From positions 38,626,001-38,690,000 of the forward strand of contig NC_090346.1 of assembly GCF_035084215.1 (NCBI RefSeq): a stretch of DNA of 64,000 nt, in the 5' to 3' direction. Shown piece after piece: positions 26,601 through 41,600 of the stretch. The first letter of the stretch is position 1. Each line of letters opens with the position of its first letter. This DNA comes from Heptranchias perlo (taxonomy: Eukaryota). The notes below the pieces were generated by a model. That model made no database searches. It was given only the letters and a program-made list of their open reading frames with translations, and was not told where the DNA came from. The position numbers and the translations under genes are program-made.

Positions 26601-29600
26601 TCTCAAACTCAATGTGAAATTCTATCATATTATGATCACTTTTCCCCAGAGGATCCCTTACTATGAGATTACTAATTAACCCTGTCTCATTATACAAGAC
26701 AAGATCTAATTTAGCCTGTTCCCCAACATGTTGTACTCGGAAACTGCCTCAAATGCATTCCATAAACACATCCTCCAAACTACTTTTGCCAATTTTATTT
26801 GCCTAGTCTATATGAAGATTAAAGTTCCCCACGATTATTGCATTATCTTTGTTACAAGCTCCTCTTATTTCTTGATTAATACTCTGTCCAACAGTATAAC
26901 TACTATTATTGGGCCATTAAACTACTCCCACCAGTGTTTTCTGCCCCTTGTTATTTCTTATCTCCACCCATACTGATTCTACTTCCTGATCTTCTGAGCC
27001 AAAATCCTCTCACTCCTGTCTTTATGTCATCCTTTATTATCAGGGCTACCACCCCCAGCCTCCTTTTCCATTTTATCTGCCTTTTTGAAAAGAGGCTAGA
27101 CTATGATTTTTCCAAAAAATTCTAAGCAACAGAAAATTGTACCCGAGGACTAAAAGATGGCAAATGTGACATCCCTCTTCAGAAAAGATGGGGTTATGTC
27201 AGGAAACTGTCGGCCAGTTAATCTTCCTTTAGTTGTTGGTAAAGTACTAGTCTATAAATATGGGATGAAATTACTAAGCACTTGGAGAATCAGGGGTTAG
27301 ACCAAGGCCAGTCAAGGTGGATTTTTAAAAGGCAAGCTGTACTTGACTAACCTAAAAGAATTTTGAAGAACTAATAGTTCAAAGAATTACAGTGGATGTG
27401 GTTTATATGTATTTTCAAAAATCATTTGGTAAGTCATCCCATAAGAGATTTATGGCAAGGAGAATGGCACATTATGGGTATTATGGCCACATGGATAGAG
27501 GTAGTTGGAGGACAAAAAGCAATGGGCAATTGGAAAATGAGCTTTCTCCGACTGGAAAGATGTGGCAAGTAGTGTTCTACAGAGGTCCACATTAGGCCAC
27601 TCCTATTTACCGAATACGTAAATTGCAATGGACTTAGGAAATGATGCAACAATGTCAAATTTATTGATGACACCAAATTGATGGTATAGCAAATTGTGAA
27701 GATGCTTGAGATTACTGCAACAAGATACAGATAACCTGAAAAGAAAAACGGACAAGTGCAGGCAGATGCATTTCAAATGTAGAAAAATGTTAAATAATTG
27801 TGGAAGAATAGGGAAAGGAAATACATCATAAATGGTAAGATTTTAAATGGAGTAGAACAGCAAGGCAGTTTGCTATGCAGTTACATGGGTCATTAAAAAG
27901 GTGACAGCCCAAGTAGATAAGGCCATAAATAAAGCAAATGGAATCTTTGGTTTTGTATCCAGAGGAGGTTATATGGGACCTGTACAAGACTTTAGTTAGG
28001 GCACATTGGAGCATTGTGTCGAATTTTGGGCACATTATAGGAAGGAAATAAGAGCAATGGAAAGGGAGCAGCATAGAATCGCTAGGATGTTACAGGGATG
28101 AGGGTTTATACTTAAGTAGAGATGTGAGAAGTTAGTTATTTTCATTGGAACCAGGAAGGTTTAAGGCACAACTTTTAAATTAATCGCAAAAAGAATTCAA
28201 GAAGTTAGAAAATGTTCTTTACACAATGTGGAATTCCCAGTCACAAACAGTTTAAGTCCGTAAATTTTTCTAAAGGGGAAATAGTTGCTTGCTAAGGAGA
28301 AATATTAAAGGATATGGAAGTGAGCAAGAGAATGAGATTAGACTAGGTAGTTCATGTGGAAAAAAATACCGGCAAACGGCCTGTTTCTGTGCTGTAACAT
28401 TCAATAATTCCATTTGGAAGAGTGAGCAAGAATTCATTCTAGCCTTTTATTCCAAAGGACATTTAGAAATGGAAAAGAAATAGCATATTACATACCTCTT
28501 CTGCTGTGGTCTTTAGTTTTTGAATGATGGCAGAAGACGGCCCTGACTGTTAATTAATAAAAATGGAGCCAATTACTTCTTGCACGATGGAAAATAAGTC
28601 TACGCAAGGAAAGTGACCTCATTTGGTACTTAAGTACTTTAAATCCAACAGGCATTTAGCTGATACAGTCTGTAAAACATACAGCTTTATCTGGTTATTA
28701 TTTCATGTCTCCACAGGTTAAGCTTATAATACAGTTGTTTAGGAACCACTAAGGATGTATTAGTTGGGGTGAACATTTCTGTAGAAAATAGATTTTAATC
28801 CCTGTAAAACTAGTGGGAATATTTTTGAACATAAACATGCACCAAAACTACAGGAGAACTGCCACCATCTCTTTCATCCTATCCCCAAAAGAAAGGTATT
28901 CCAATTGCAGATTTTCAAAATTTAGGGATTTTTTGTTACCCAGCCACTCTGAAGTTTATGCTCAGTACAGAGGGCCTAATAGGTTGGATCACACAAACCC
29001 TAAAGTCTATTCATCCTCATCCATGCTAAGACTACATAGTTGTTCTGAGGAGGCTCATATGCTATTTCACTGTGATCAAGCACAAGACTGAACAGCGGAG
29101 ATTCAAACTGAAGTTGCTTATATTAGCCTCAACAGTAAAAAAAAAAGGGAGCTGCTTTAAGGCTTGTAAACATATAGACAAGGGTTTCCACCTCAAAATA
29201 CAGAATTGGGGCAAACAACTACAGCTTAAAATGGGGCTTTTAAAAAGTTGTCCTTTTAGGAAATCTGCCCTAACAAAATTTGATGAACTTCATCGGATGG
29301 TCAGTCTTACATGTATTAGCATAAATTCTGATCAGAACTTGCGTGTTAAGAATTGCTTTGAGTCTTTGAAACATTTAACGCTCCCAGCTTTGAATGCAAA
29401 AAGCAAAGTAAAATTTTCACTGAATTCCACTAGGTGGCTGACAAATTTATGGAATATATTTTACAATTAGTGAAGTTAACATATGGATGCTTAAAACTAT
29501 TCCATTACATTCCTCAGTGTGTTGTTTTTTTGTAAATCAGATGTTAATATATTTATCTTAAATGGGTTAATGCCAGTTTCAAAATAGTACACAGAGGAAT

Positions 29601-32600
29601 TTTGCACAAATGTGTTAAGCATTCGCATGTGAACTATATCCCAATGAAAGTTGCATGACATGCAATCTGTGATATTAAAAATATTGCATTTTTCCAAGTC
29701 ATAGAATATTTATATTATCTTTAATTTTCAACTAGTTATTTTATCCAATGATGTCAACCCTCTTACTTTTCCTGGTAAGTACAAGAGTACTCCCCAAACA
29801 CTTTCCTTACCATTATGCAAAATTGTTTTTTGGACTACAAAGTAGACCCCCATTCTATATTCAAAAATACAATCCAGATTGGTCTCTTCAGTTGAAGATT
29901 TGACCTTTTTTAAAAATAGATAATTTTTGTGACCAATATATCTTTGAATTATGTAGATTGGGAAGGGAAAATATTAGACTACAACACCAGTTCAGTGTGT
30001 TAAAGCATCACTGCGCTATGCCCAAATATTGATTTTGTCCCCACGCACAGGTTGAGCTGCTGATTTCAGCCAATGTTATGGGCAATGCTTTCCCGCAGTA
30101 AGAGAAAGGGAGAAACACACACACATTGGGCAGACATTTGCTGACAACTACTGTGGCACTTCCTACTTACAGCCTGGGAGCAGGCTGTTCATTTGAGTTC
30201 TCAACCAAAATGGTGGTGCACGGAAATCAGGAACTAAGGGAAAATGTAAGTGGAGAAGGAGTCTCAACCTTTAAAAAGTTATGTAAACTGAGTAACTAAT
30301 GTGGTAGTGTTTTGCATCACGATTCATGCAAAATACAGTTATCATAACTATTGCCATCAAGTAATTAAAGGCAGGGAATTGAAGAGACTTGAAGGATACA
30401 CAAGTATTTTTTTTAATACCAATTTCTCACACCCCCATATAAAAAGTTACTAGAGATTTTTTTTTAAAAAACAAACCTTCAGCAGCATCTGCTTTAGGTG
30501 AAATTTTTTTTTTTCTGTTTTGGTTTATGCCTTTAAAAAGGAATTTAATTCAGATTTTATACTTTTACCAGGAAAGTGATTGGAAAAAAATAAATCACAT
30601 TATAAGTGCAGTTTGCTTCAAAAAGATGAGCCTTTGCTCTTATTCAATGTTCCCTACTCCCAGTCCTACTTTTTAAACTCAAAGTAGCCACTTAAATTTT
30701 ACAATTTTAACTTTACTAGTTACTTTAAGCAATGTTTGAACATCAGCAAGTATCAAATTAGTAGATCAAAGCCCACTTCAAAAGGGGGTCTATTTTCACA
30801 AGTTTTAACAGACCTAAAACACTTACTAGGTGTAGTACAGTGCATTTTTTTTTTAATTAAGTGAACCGTTTAAACCAGGTATTTCTACACTGTAAAAAGA
30901 AAAATTAATATAAAATTAGGGTCTATACTTTATTCAAATGATCAGGATATCGAAATAAAAAAGTGAGAACACAGGGAAAGAATCGACTAATATTTTATGA
31001 TCCAGTAATAGGTCAAGCTAGTCGCTTCCCACCAGTAGGTTCAGTTCCTATTGTTACCTGACCCCAGGTGTGACCTTGGATGCACAGTTAAGCAGGATGC
31101 CTCATGGTATTGTATCCTAATTTGAGGAATAGAGGAATAACATTTGTAGACCACCCTTGTCCTGCAGCAATTGCAACCTCAGTTGGCTAAACACACTGGC
31201 AGTCACCAACACCTCCTCATCAAAGAGGGAAAACACACAGACAACAGATCTAGGAAAATGAAGATGGAAATGGAAAAGTGAAGAAACATAAATAAATAAA
31301 TAGGGAGACCAATGCTTTCTGCTATCTAGTGTTCAGCTTATTACTGGAAAAAAAAAACTGCACTTCTAGGCTGCACACTAAATGCACCATCTTACCTTCT
31401 CAGACTGACTGAGCAGAAAGTGATGGAAGTGAGGGTCGTCCTTTACTTGCTGCAATTAGAAAAACCAAATCTGAGCACTGAGTAATCATACTCGGATCCT
31501 ATAACTGAAGATTTATACTTGTGATTTGAGTGGAAGAATAGCACCAACCATTCCCTCCCGAGTGAGCTAGAAGTTTATGAATTGAAATCTAGTTGACAGA
31601 AAACAGTAGCTTTGCAGCAATTTGGTGTTTTGGAAAGGGAGAAAGAAAGGAAGTTCAGCACTTTCTGCATCATCAGTCCCCATCTTTTGTGCAGGAAGAT
31701 ACTAGATCACCAGTTTCCACTGCCAAAACCAGGGCTCTCCAATCAATAAGGGAACATTGTGATTCCCACCATTTTCTCCCATGCACGTAAACTTATATTA
31801 TAACTCCACAATTGGAACCACTTACCAAGTAACACATATAAAGGGGGAAAAATACACTGAAAATTACTGATAAAATTATTCCACTTTAGAATTTCCAAAT
31901 TTATGTTGCTTTAGTATTTGCAACTGCACAAGGTCCCCCCCATTAAATAGGTGTTGTCACCCAATACATTTGCAGTGACCATGTCAATATGATGTCCTTT
32001 AAACAGCCCAAATACTTATGGTCACTAGTCTCCCAGTGAATCAGATTGTAAAATACACCAACTCAGCAAACCTCAACTATTTCATGTCCTCTAGTGAAGG
32101 TAGTTTTCCAAAAACAATTTTCCTCAATATAAAAATCACTTCAACTGAAGGTGAAATTGGTGAAGTAGAGCGCAACTTGGTTTTTGAAAGCCGAAGTGTC
32201 CGAGTATGAAGTAGGAAAAACTATAGGTTTCCAAATTGTCTCTTCAGTAGTGCTGTAAATTCAATCATCGGTTTCTTGGTTAAAAAAGGTTTTTCAATTC
32301 CTGAAAGGTTCAAGTGCATTAGCTTCTTTCTATTCCTGACTTTTCTGGCTTCCATATCAATCCTGTTTTGTACTCTACTTGACCTGTTTAATTCTCTTTT
32401 TAAAATCTCCTTTATAAAATGTGGTGCAGCCTTTTCAAGTTCAAGACCATAGAAAGTAGAAGAAATGGTCATATGGAATACATGAACAAGACAAGTAACG
32501 AAAGTCATATTGAGTGCAAGTTTATCAAAATAACATTTACCATTGAATATACTCACCCTTTTAGAAACACACTGTGGTCACTTGCTGTAGCTGGCACTGC

Positions 32601-35600
32601 AGGCCAATTCTGTTATAAAATGACTAACACCCGAATAAAAAGCCAAGCGATTTGTACTACAGATTAGCATTGTGAATACTTTCAACTCCCAACAGGAGAG
32701 AGTACTTTATAATTGGAGATTGATGGGAATGCAGATTTAAAACCATTCTTTTATCACACTAATCTTTTAAAACCTATACTGTAAAGCTGTTTTAATCCTC
32801 CATATCAAACTGCAAACAAAAACAGCAGGGAACTGAAGCTGAAAATGTCATAAAATAAACCATGTTGCATGTTTCATTTTTGAACCTCTTCCTTTATGTT
32901 GCAATGATTTGGGGAAAAGCAGGTTAACCATTTTAGTGGACCAAATAAAAATAGGTGTTAAAAGATGCACATCTTTTTCTCTACACAACATGTAGAAATA
33001 TTTATTGTTAACCTTTGAAGACCGGTACAGCAGAGCCTGCCAGGAAAACTATTCTTTGGTCGCCATACATAGGTAGCACAAGTGCAATTTTCAAGAGGGA
33101 GCCATAAACAATGAACATATCACATGCAACAGTATCTGTGGAGCATCTACTGTGTAAAACTAAGTAACTATACAATTTTTTCTCCTGATTGAGAAGACCG
33201 AATAACAAAATTACAAGGGGATAGAAATGGTATTCAGTTGAGTGTTCCATACCATTCTTTTAAAGTTTCTGAAACAATAACAGCCATCCAACTCCAATAT
33301 TCCCTAGATTTACTGTTACAAACCCAGCTGTCTCCAATATGAATGCATGGGGTGCTATAGGATGTTGATGGCCCTCTAATACACCCAACTAGAGCTGATC
33401 AGAATGTCAGTAAAAACCCAAAATGGTAGGCCTCTGTGATTTTAGGAATTAAAGAAACTGTGACTCACCTTCCATTTGTATCCCACGACTGGACCCGTAA
33501 CCAACCTCTTCACTGTGGACGGCTCAGGGAAAGAGTCCTTAAGTGGGAGAAAAAAAATACAGAAGTCCTTACATCTTCTAAACAAGCTGTAAATTATCTC
33601 CTGTACATATTACTATAAAATTTATTATTTTATCTAACTGACCAGATGGTTTAATTGCTCCATGCTAGAAGCCTCAATCATGACTGTGTCACTGTGATAT
33701 AGTGGGAGTTTTGTGAACCCTAGACATTTCCCTGCAGGGACGGGGGACAAGCGTACGCGCACAGTTCTTGGGCTAGTCTTGCACGCATGCTAGCAACTAG
33801 TTCAAGGATACACTGGAGGTGGCCAGGGAGCTGGACACACTGGCCTGCCAATCACAGCTTCTGTATGGTACAGAGAGAAAAATAAAGGTGTATCCCAAAA
33901 ATAAAGAGACACTACTGTGTTTAGACAGTTTCAGTACTCTACCTAAAACTAACCTTTTCTTCCTTTGGTGGTCGACCCCTTTTCCTTGTATTGTGTTCTG
34001 AAATTTCTGCTGTGGAGGAATTTTGTCCTTTATCTTCAGATGAAATGTGTCTGTTTTTGTCTTCTGAGGAGGTGAGTGCAGATACCTAAAAAAGAATTAA
34101 AAGTAAAGACGACACTGATCCCTCCCAATAATCCAGAAATGTGTTAATTGTCCCCTTAAATGAAGTGACATGACAGTTGTTAAATGTTATTTCAATGGAC
34201 TCCATGTTTAATCAATTTAGACCTAATCCATATTACAATATAACTTGAAGATACATCATTTAAAAAAAATCCTGCACAATTAACCTAAAGCTCAACTTCA
34301 AATGACTGCAGCAGTGTTCCACTGCACAAAGTTTTAGTATTGGTTACAACAGTTTGAAACTCTTGATTCAAATTCTCAGTACTGTGGAACCTTCATCTAA
34401 AAAGTGGAGGAGACCAGTGAATAAGATCAATCATGTTCCAAATTCTAATTCTCTATCTTCTGAATATCAGAGAGAGAGATGGCTGTTCACTTTAAATTTT
34501 GTTGAGCACAGCAGACAGTTGAGCTGAATGTAGCAGATGACATCCATGGCCTTTCATGCTCCCTCAGGAGGCAGCGTGGAAATAGGTTTTAATTACAAAG
34601 CAAGTAGAAGCCTTTAAATACAGACTGCAAGCTTTGTCCTGGCAACAGTCAATTTAAGGTAAAGGGCTAGTTAAGACGTGTGAATGAATTGGTGTCCAGT
34701 ATCTAGCTGACATTCAGGAAATCACTTCAATTTGATAAGCTTTGTTTGTTAATGGAAGAAATCTTTTGATTTACTGTATTTCAGTTTTGAAATTCAATGG
34801 GTATGAGATATATTTCAGGCAGTGTGTTTCCAGCTCTTCAGAGCCTTTAAAATTAGAGGGTGAAGTTCTAAGATGGTTAGATGAAACCTTGTGTCTTAAG
34901 TTTTATAATATGGACATTGGACCAAGCTTAGTATTAATAAGAGTTAGTAAGATCTCACTTTTTTTGTACATCCAAATTGATTGAAATTAAACGGTCTATC
35001 ATCAAGTGAAATCTGGTGTATTGATGTTCTACTTGTTATTGTAACATAAAATCATGATTTATAGTTTACTACAGCTAGAGCACTTATTCTTCCCCTACCC
35101 AAAGATCAGGAAAACATGAGAAGGCTCATGTTAATTTAGCAAACTAATTACAGTGATGTGTTTCTGTTCCATCCCTGGGCAACTCTACATCAGATATTGT
35201 GTATACAAAGTCACAATCTGGTCCATAGGGAGCATGGGCTCACTTACAGGGGTGTTCTGTGGTGCTGGGCACCAGGGAAATATCTGGTGAAGCCTTAATA
35301 AAAAAAAGGAACCTCCACCTCTCATCTTTGTAATATTGATACCAAGAGAAGGGAGGAAGAAAATAAATCCAAAACTAAGGAAACAGAAAAACCTCAGCAG
35401 TATGAAACCAACTGAAAATGGCTAAATACAACAGTAAAATTAACTATTTTTAACTGGAAAAATACAGAAAAGGGGAGAAATGAAACAAGGAAGTGAATTT
35501 ACTTTTTTCTACACAAAGAATGAAAAGTATAGTTTATAGACAGGACTTTTAGGCCATTAGTACGGCCTATATCAGATTCCAGAGGTGAAAGGTTAAAGCC

Positions 35601-38600
35601 ATACACATACAATTAAAAAAAAATACATCTTACTTTATTTGAAAACAACACATTAGAGTAAATAGGCTGCTGAAATTAACATATTAGTTAACAAGTTGGA
35701 TATTCAAAATTACAGGAAGATTTATCTACCAGAATCTGCAAAAAAAAAACCAGAAAAGTGATCGGACACAAAAACCACACACAAGAATTAACAGACTGCA
35801 ATTTTGCAGCTGAATTTTGAAGCCCACTGATTATCTCACCAGTGTTTTGTTGATAGAAAGAATGCTAATCATGTACAGCTGTGAAATAGAGCTTCTAATT
35901 TCTAATACCTATGAGACAGTTTCATTCCTCATGTTCATTTTTTAAAATAGCATTGAATTTTAAGAGCAAACGAAGCCTCTGAGCAAAACAAGAAGGGGAA
36001 AGGGAAGCTGGTCAATTGAGTGGCAGTGCAGCAAGAGGGAATGGATAAGGCAGGGGCTGAGTCAAGGGCAAAGATATAGATAGTGATAAGAATGAGGGGG
36101 TGGTTGGAAGGGGTGAGTGAAACACAAGTGATTGGGGGAAGGGAATTGTTGAGGGTCACATTTTCCCTGCAGCCCCAACCCTAACTGCAGCCTATAGCCA
36201 TCAGCGGCTCCTTTCCTTGCTACATCACACCATGCCATCCTAAAGGAAAGAATAAGAGTGAAGGGGAGAGAAGCAGCAAAGGAGGGGCAGAAAAGAGATA
36301 GAGAAGAAAGGAGAAACAGCAACACAAAGACATCAGAGACAGATAAGAGAATTAAGCTATTCTATGTCTTATTGTATGCGACTAGTGACATATTAAAAAT
36401 CTTGCATCTATGCATACTTCCTGGCAACTTTTGCCATTATAAAATTCTCACATCTTCATTTATATTGGAAACTGCCCTTGTAAATGTGTCATTCTGTAAT
36501 TATACGTCCCATTCAGAGCTAGCACCACCAATGGCAGGAGGGTGTAGTTACTGCGTGACAAATTTACATACAGTTTCTATTATAAATGTAGCCATAGGAA
36601 TTTATAATGGCAATGTAAAATTAAGGACAGAATGTATGATTTTAAAATTGGGACTGAATTACATCTGTCCTCTAACCCCACTTAATCCAAAGGCTAGACC
36701 TGATCTTGATTCAGTGTGTGCAATGTCACAAGAAATCAACTAGTATTAATATTTTCAAAATTTTGCATCTGTGCACACTTCCTATCAACTTTACAATATA
36801 AATTTCTGTGCCCACACTTTTTGTGGAAACTGGTCACGGTGTAATTACACCCCGTCCCCAACAAAAAAAATCAATTGCATTGAATCTAGTCGCCAACAAT
36901 TTTCAGGACCAGTCTACATCATTTATTCAAGATCAGAGTTGGTAAAACTTTAAAGCATTAATAGGTGATGCAATTGTCATTATTTTTCCCAGATGTCACA
37001 TTTTAATCATTGTATCTCTTCAAATTTTAAAGAGCAAATGTTCAAAGGACAAACATTCCAGCCACAAATCACACAGTAATCATTCCTAACATTAATAGTC
37101 CAACTTATTGGAATCAATTTATTGGGGAACAAAGTCCATCATTAAATCCATTTTTACTTCATTACCCATTTGAATAAAACAGTTTAGATGCTATTGTATG
37201 GTAGACAGAATACATTCTAAAGTGCTGTAAGGCTGTGATTTATACTCCACTTGTGACACTGGCCATAACTCCTTCGTGGCGTCCCTCATGACAAGTCAAT
37301 CCCACAGGTCAGGTCTTCATAACATTCCCTCAACACTTCCAAAAGTTTTCAATAGCAACCAAAACATCTCGATTCATTTGATCATTGATAGAAAGTGTGA
37401 AATTATACCTAATTATTTGCACATTTTGTTTCCACAGATTCAAGCAGTAGGAAATGTCCCTACTGTTTCTCAATTATTTCCATTGCAAAATTGAGTTCCT
37501 TAAGCTGTTAATATCTCTGTAGCATTGTTATAATGCAGAATAATTACAGACCTTATTATAACTGCCCAAGACCATTTACTGCAGTATCAATTCCAGCCAG
37601 GCAGTAACACATTCATGCAGCATTGCTCAAACTTCAATTCCATCACCCATGTAAAGAACACTATGCACATGTGCTTAACACACATGCTCTGAGCTCCACT
37701 CACCGCAAGTGAGATTTAAATGTTTAGAGCACATAAGCAGGAGCATCAGCACTCTCCAGGTAGGTTTAAAAATAATTCGGAAAGCTCCGAGGATCACCAG
37801 GTTTGACACCATATTGGAATTACACTTAATGTGCATTCCCTGATCCTGGAACTATAAGGCATCTTTATATGGAAACTAGTTTGCAGCAATGCTAGAGTTG
37901 CAGTATAAATGAATACTAACATGAACCTCTGACCGATTCCCTCAAACCAACCCAGAGTGATCATTTTTGATCCACTAGATTAAAAAAAGGTACACCTTAC
38001 CTTGGATTTTTTAATGAATTCCTCAACTGCTTCCACTGCCTGTTGGAAACGTTTCCCTTTGGCAATTTTTATCATTTCCTCCTTGTGAAGGTGGTAGGAT
38101 TTAAGTTGGTCTACTTTGATCCACGCACTGCAACAAAACTTAGTCAATTTCTAGAATCATCTTGCTTGAATTGGACTGCTATGTCTTTAAACAGATGACA
38201 TTTATAAAGCCTCTAAAATGGCTACTGCTCATTGACTTTTGCCATTAAAAGCAAGCAATATATACCCTATATATTTTGTGACTTGATACAGTGTTCAACT
38301 GTCTTCATGGCATAGTCAACAAGAAACTATATTCTGTGCCTCATTAATTTTGTTACTGCATTGGGAGCCTGCAGTCACCTACTGAAGATAGCATTAGTGT
38401 TAAGCACAAGTAGAAAGTTTCAGGAAAGCACCTGAATTATAACACACGTGATCAGCTAAATTTGGGGAAAATTGGTTTCCACTAAAGGATTCCTGAATAA
38501 ACAGCTTCTACTGCACTATTAGTTACAAAGCTACTCAAATGTCAGAAGTATATGTAATATCTCTGCACAATTAAAATGGTTCATTTGTGGCATTTTACTT

Positions 38601-41600
38601 TCACACCTTATCACCCTTTACCCGATCCTCTTTACTGCACACACATTAGCTATTAATATTGCTGAGCAATTTCACCACTGTGTCTTGGTTCCATGTGGTT
38701 ATTACGGTGAAAGCTAATTACATTGGATTAACAGTATTACTGTAATCGGGTACATTTCATCATCATGGTATGCAAGTTGAAAACTAGCAAATCCAACCAA
38801 CAGTCACTTTCCTAGATCTGTAGACAGTTTTAAGGATTAAAGAGAGAACATTCTCTATCTTTCCCCCTAGTAAAATAAATATTGTGTTATATTTCTCATC
38901 TGCAGAAGCTTCACATTTAATCTCCTCCAACTCCTGGAGACTTGCTATATCAGGTCTAAATGGTACAAAAGAGCCACTTGTACTACTTAGACAGGATCAG
39001 CAATTTTACACTTCAGTGCCACCTGAATAATGCTATATACCTAGTAGATACTTAATGTTAAAAATAGATGACCTCTTCCGATTGACATGTAGGACCAAGA
39101 AGAAAGTTGATCTGTGCCAACACAGAGCTTCTTATTGATGGATCCCAACACTGCAGCTTTCTTGACGTTCAAAGGAAACGTGCTATTTCCCTATGAGCTG
39201 CAAGGGGAGCAGGAAGTTGGCTAATGCTAAAAAGGGAAGCAAGAGCAAAGGAATTTTAAGTATTTCCCCAACAGTGTAGTGGGACATAGATCTAGCTGTG
39301 TTACATCTGACCCATGAATGCTTGATAGAGACTGGAAATAAAGAGTGTTCCATTGCTCAGCAATTCCCATCATGACAAGTTGAAAAATTATCCAAATATA
39401 AACACATGTAAACAACTCGTATAGCACCTTCAATGTATACAGAGTAGAACCAAGAGCATTGGAATAATAGCCTGGAGAAGGCAAAAAGATGGAGAAGGGG
39501 TTCAGTAGCAAAGGGGCTTAAGCAGGCAATGAGTGCAGATGAAAACAAGCTGTTTCTGTGATGGATGGGATGTGAGATTTGAAGTTCAGTATTAATCAGC
39601 ACATCCAAGGTTTTGTACAGTCTTGCTCAGCCTAAGTGAAAGGCCAGGGATGGAGATAGAATCAGCATTAAAGGGAGCAGAGTTTGAGGCAGGTGCCAAA
39701 AACAATGGCTTTGGTCTTCCTGAAGATCGGATGAAGGAATGTTACTTGTCCATGATGTGATGAAGTGGGAGAGATAGAGCTCGGTGTTGTCAGCATACAG
39801 ATGGAAGATGACCCCGTGCTTGATGTCATAGAAGTATCATATAGATGAGGAAGAACAGGCCATGGATAGATCCTTGGAGCAGCTCTAGAGGTGAAGGTGT
39901 GAGAAGAGAAGCAAAGTGATTGCTGGAGGTGCGCTGGCTGTGACCAAATAGTTAAGAGTAGAAACCCACCATCCCAGAGCTGGACAATTAAGAGGCAATG
40001 GAGGAGAGCAGTATGATCTACCACACCAGATGCTAGGAAAAGATTGAGGAGGTCAAGGAGAGATAAGACACCATGGTCATAGTCATAGTTGATGTCATTT
40101 AGGACTCTAGCCATGGTGATCTCAGTAGTGTGAAATGGACAGAAGCTGGACTGGAAAGATTCAAACAGGGAGTTTCAAGATATATACGTGGAGTTGGGAG
40201 GCAAGGACACATTCAAGGACCTTAGGGAGGTTAGAGATGGGCTTACAGTTAGACAAAATTGATGGGTCAAGAATAAGATTTTTGATTAGTGGGCGTTAGC
40301 AGCAGTTCTGAATGGGATAGGGACAGCACCTGAATAAAGTGAACTGTTATTCTCACCTAGGATGGGGCCAGCAGGTGTTGTTAACTGATCAATAATTGGA
40401 TGGGAAGGGTATCAAGGGAGCAGGAAAGGGATCTCATGTAAGAAATGAGTGGAGGGGACAAGGGAGAAAGATGGAGGAATAATTGCCAAGTGACAAGAGA
40501 TCAGGGCTGGAGTGTTTGGGAGGCTGTAGCTAAATTGTTCAGTCCAATATAGCAAAGCAGTTTGTGGGTTTTATAAAACAGTCCAAGGCCCAACACTAGT
40601 GATGTTCTAAATATTCTGCTAGTGCAGAAGAAAAAAAGGCCAGCATAAAATGCTTTTACAAGTGAACATCCTCCATTACCCACATGCAGAATAATAATTT
40701 CCCAATATGCACTCATCTTGGAACATCTTTAGACATACAGTAAATTACTATAACAAGCAACTCACAAAACACAAAAAATATTAAAATGCAGATGTCAGGT
40801 AGAATATTGTTGATTCACTTGATGTCTAAATAACTAATCAACTTCAACTGAAAGATTTTTTAAAAATAACTAACACCATTTTGTAATTTCTTCCTAAATG
40901 GTAATCTCTATGTGGAGTACAGGGTGCTCCACCTCAAGATCACCAGCACATCCTCAAACTTGCCTCATTGTTGACCCAGCCTTTCTAAAGAATATTGAAC
41001 CATGCCTTTTCAATTGTGTGTTAAAAAAAAAGTAACTACTTACTGGTCTTCAGTTCCAAAGAATTTTACAAAGAAGCATTTTTTCCCCCTTGGTTTCTTT
41101 AGATCTTTGGGTGGATTAACAATCTTAAAACAGAAAAAAGTTCAAACATTTATTATTGACAATTAATTGTGAACTGGTTATACAGCCACAAACAAATAAG
41201 TACCACTATTCCCCAAGGGAGAAAAAAAACAAGCAGAACTTTTAAAAAGTTATGGCTGTCACTTCAACAATGGTTGTTGTCAATCAGCATGATAGTAAGA
41301 CGTCCTATATCCATTGGTGATGCTGCTGACTCCAATCTGAAGATAATTACTGTGTGACCATTATTTTCCACCAGATGTCAAGGTACAGCATTCGCTGCAA
41401 CAGAATAATAAAAAGCATAGCTCTGTTGCTAAGCAATATCCTAGCTTGAAATCAAGAGTCTAAGTTGCTGACTGGTTCAAACCAAACTTTATTCCTTTTA
41501 TAGATACAGTTACATCAATATTTTTACCAATCACCTGATTGATAGATCCAGGAATGGTGGTATTTCCACATTCTACAATGTGCAATTTCTTAATATCTAC

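Larger units (their letters stand above)
24640..28410 (+). mobile_element. Old CR1 on + (24640-24764 and ~27091-28410) split by younger insertions
   Basis: [20 protein letters not shown] before the break continues as degraded ..[19 protein letters not shown] after it; later [13 protein letters not shown] and FIDDTK remnants. Confidence 0.7.
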
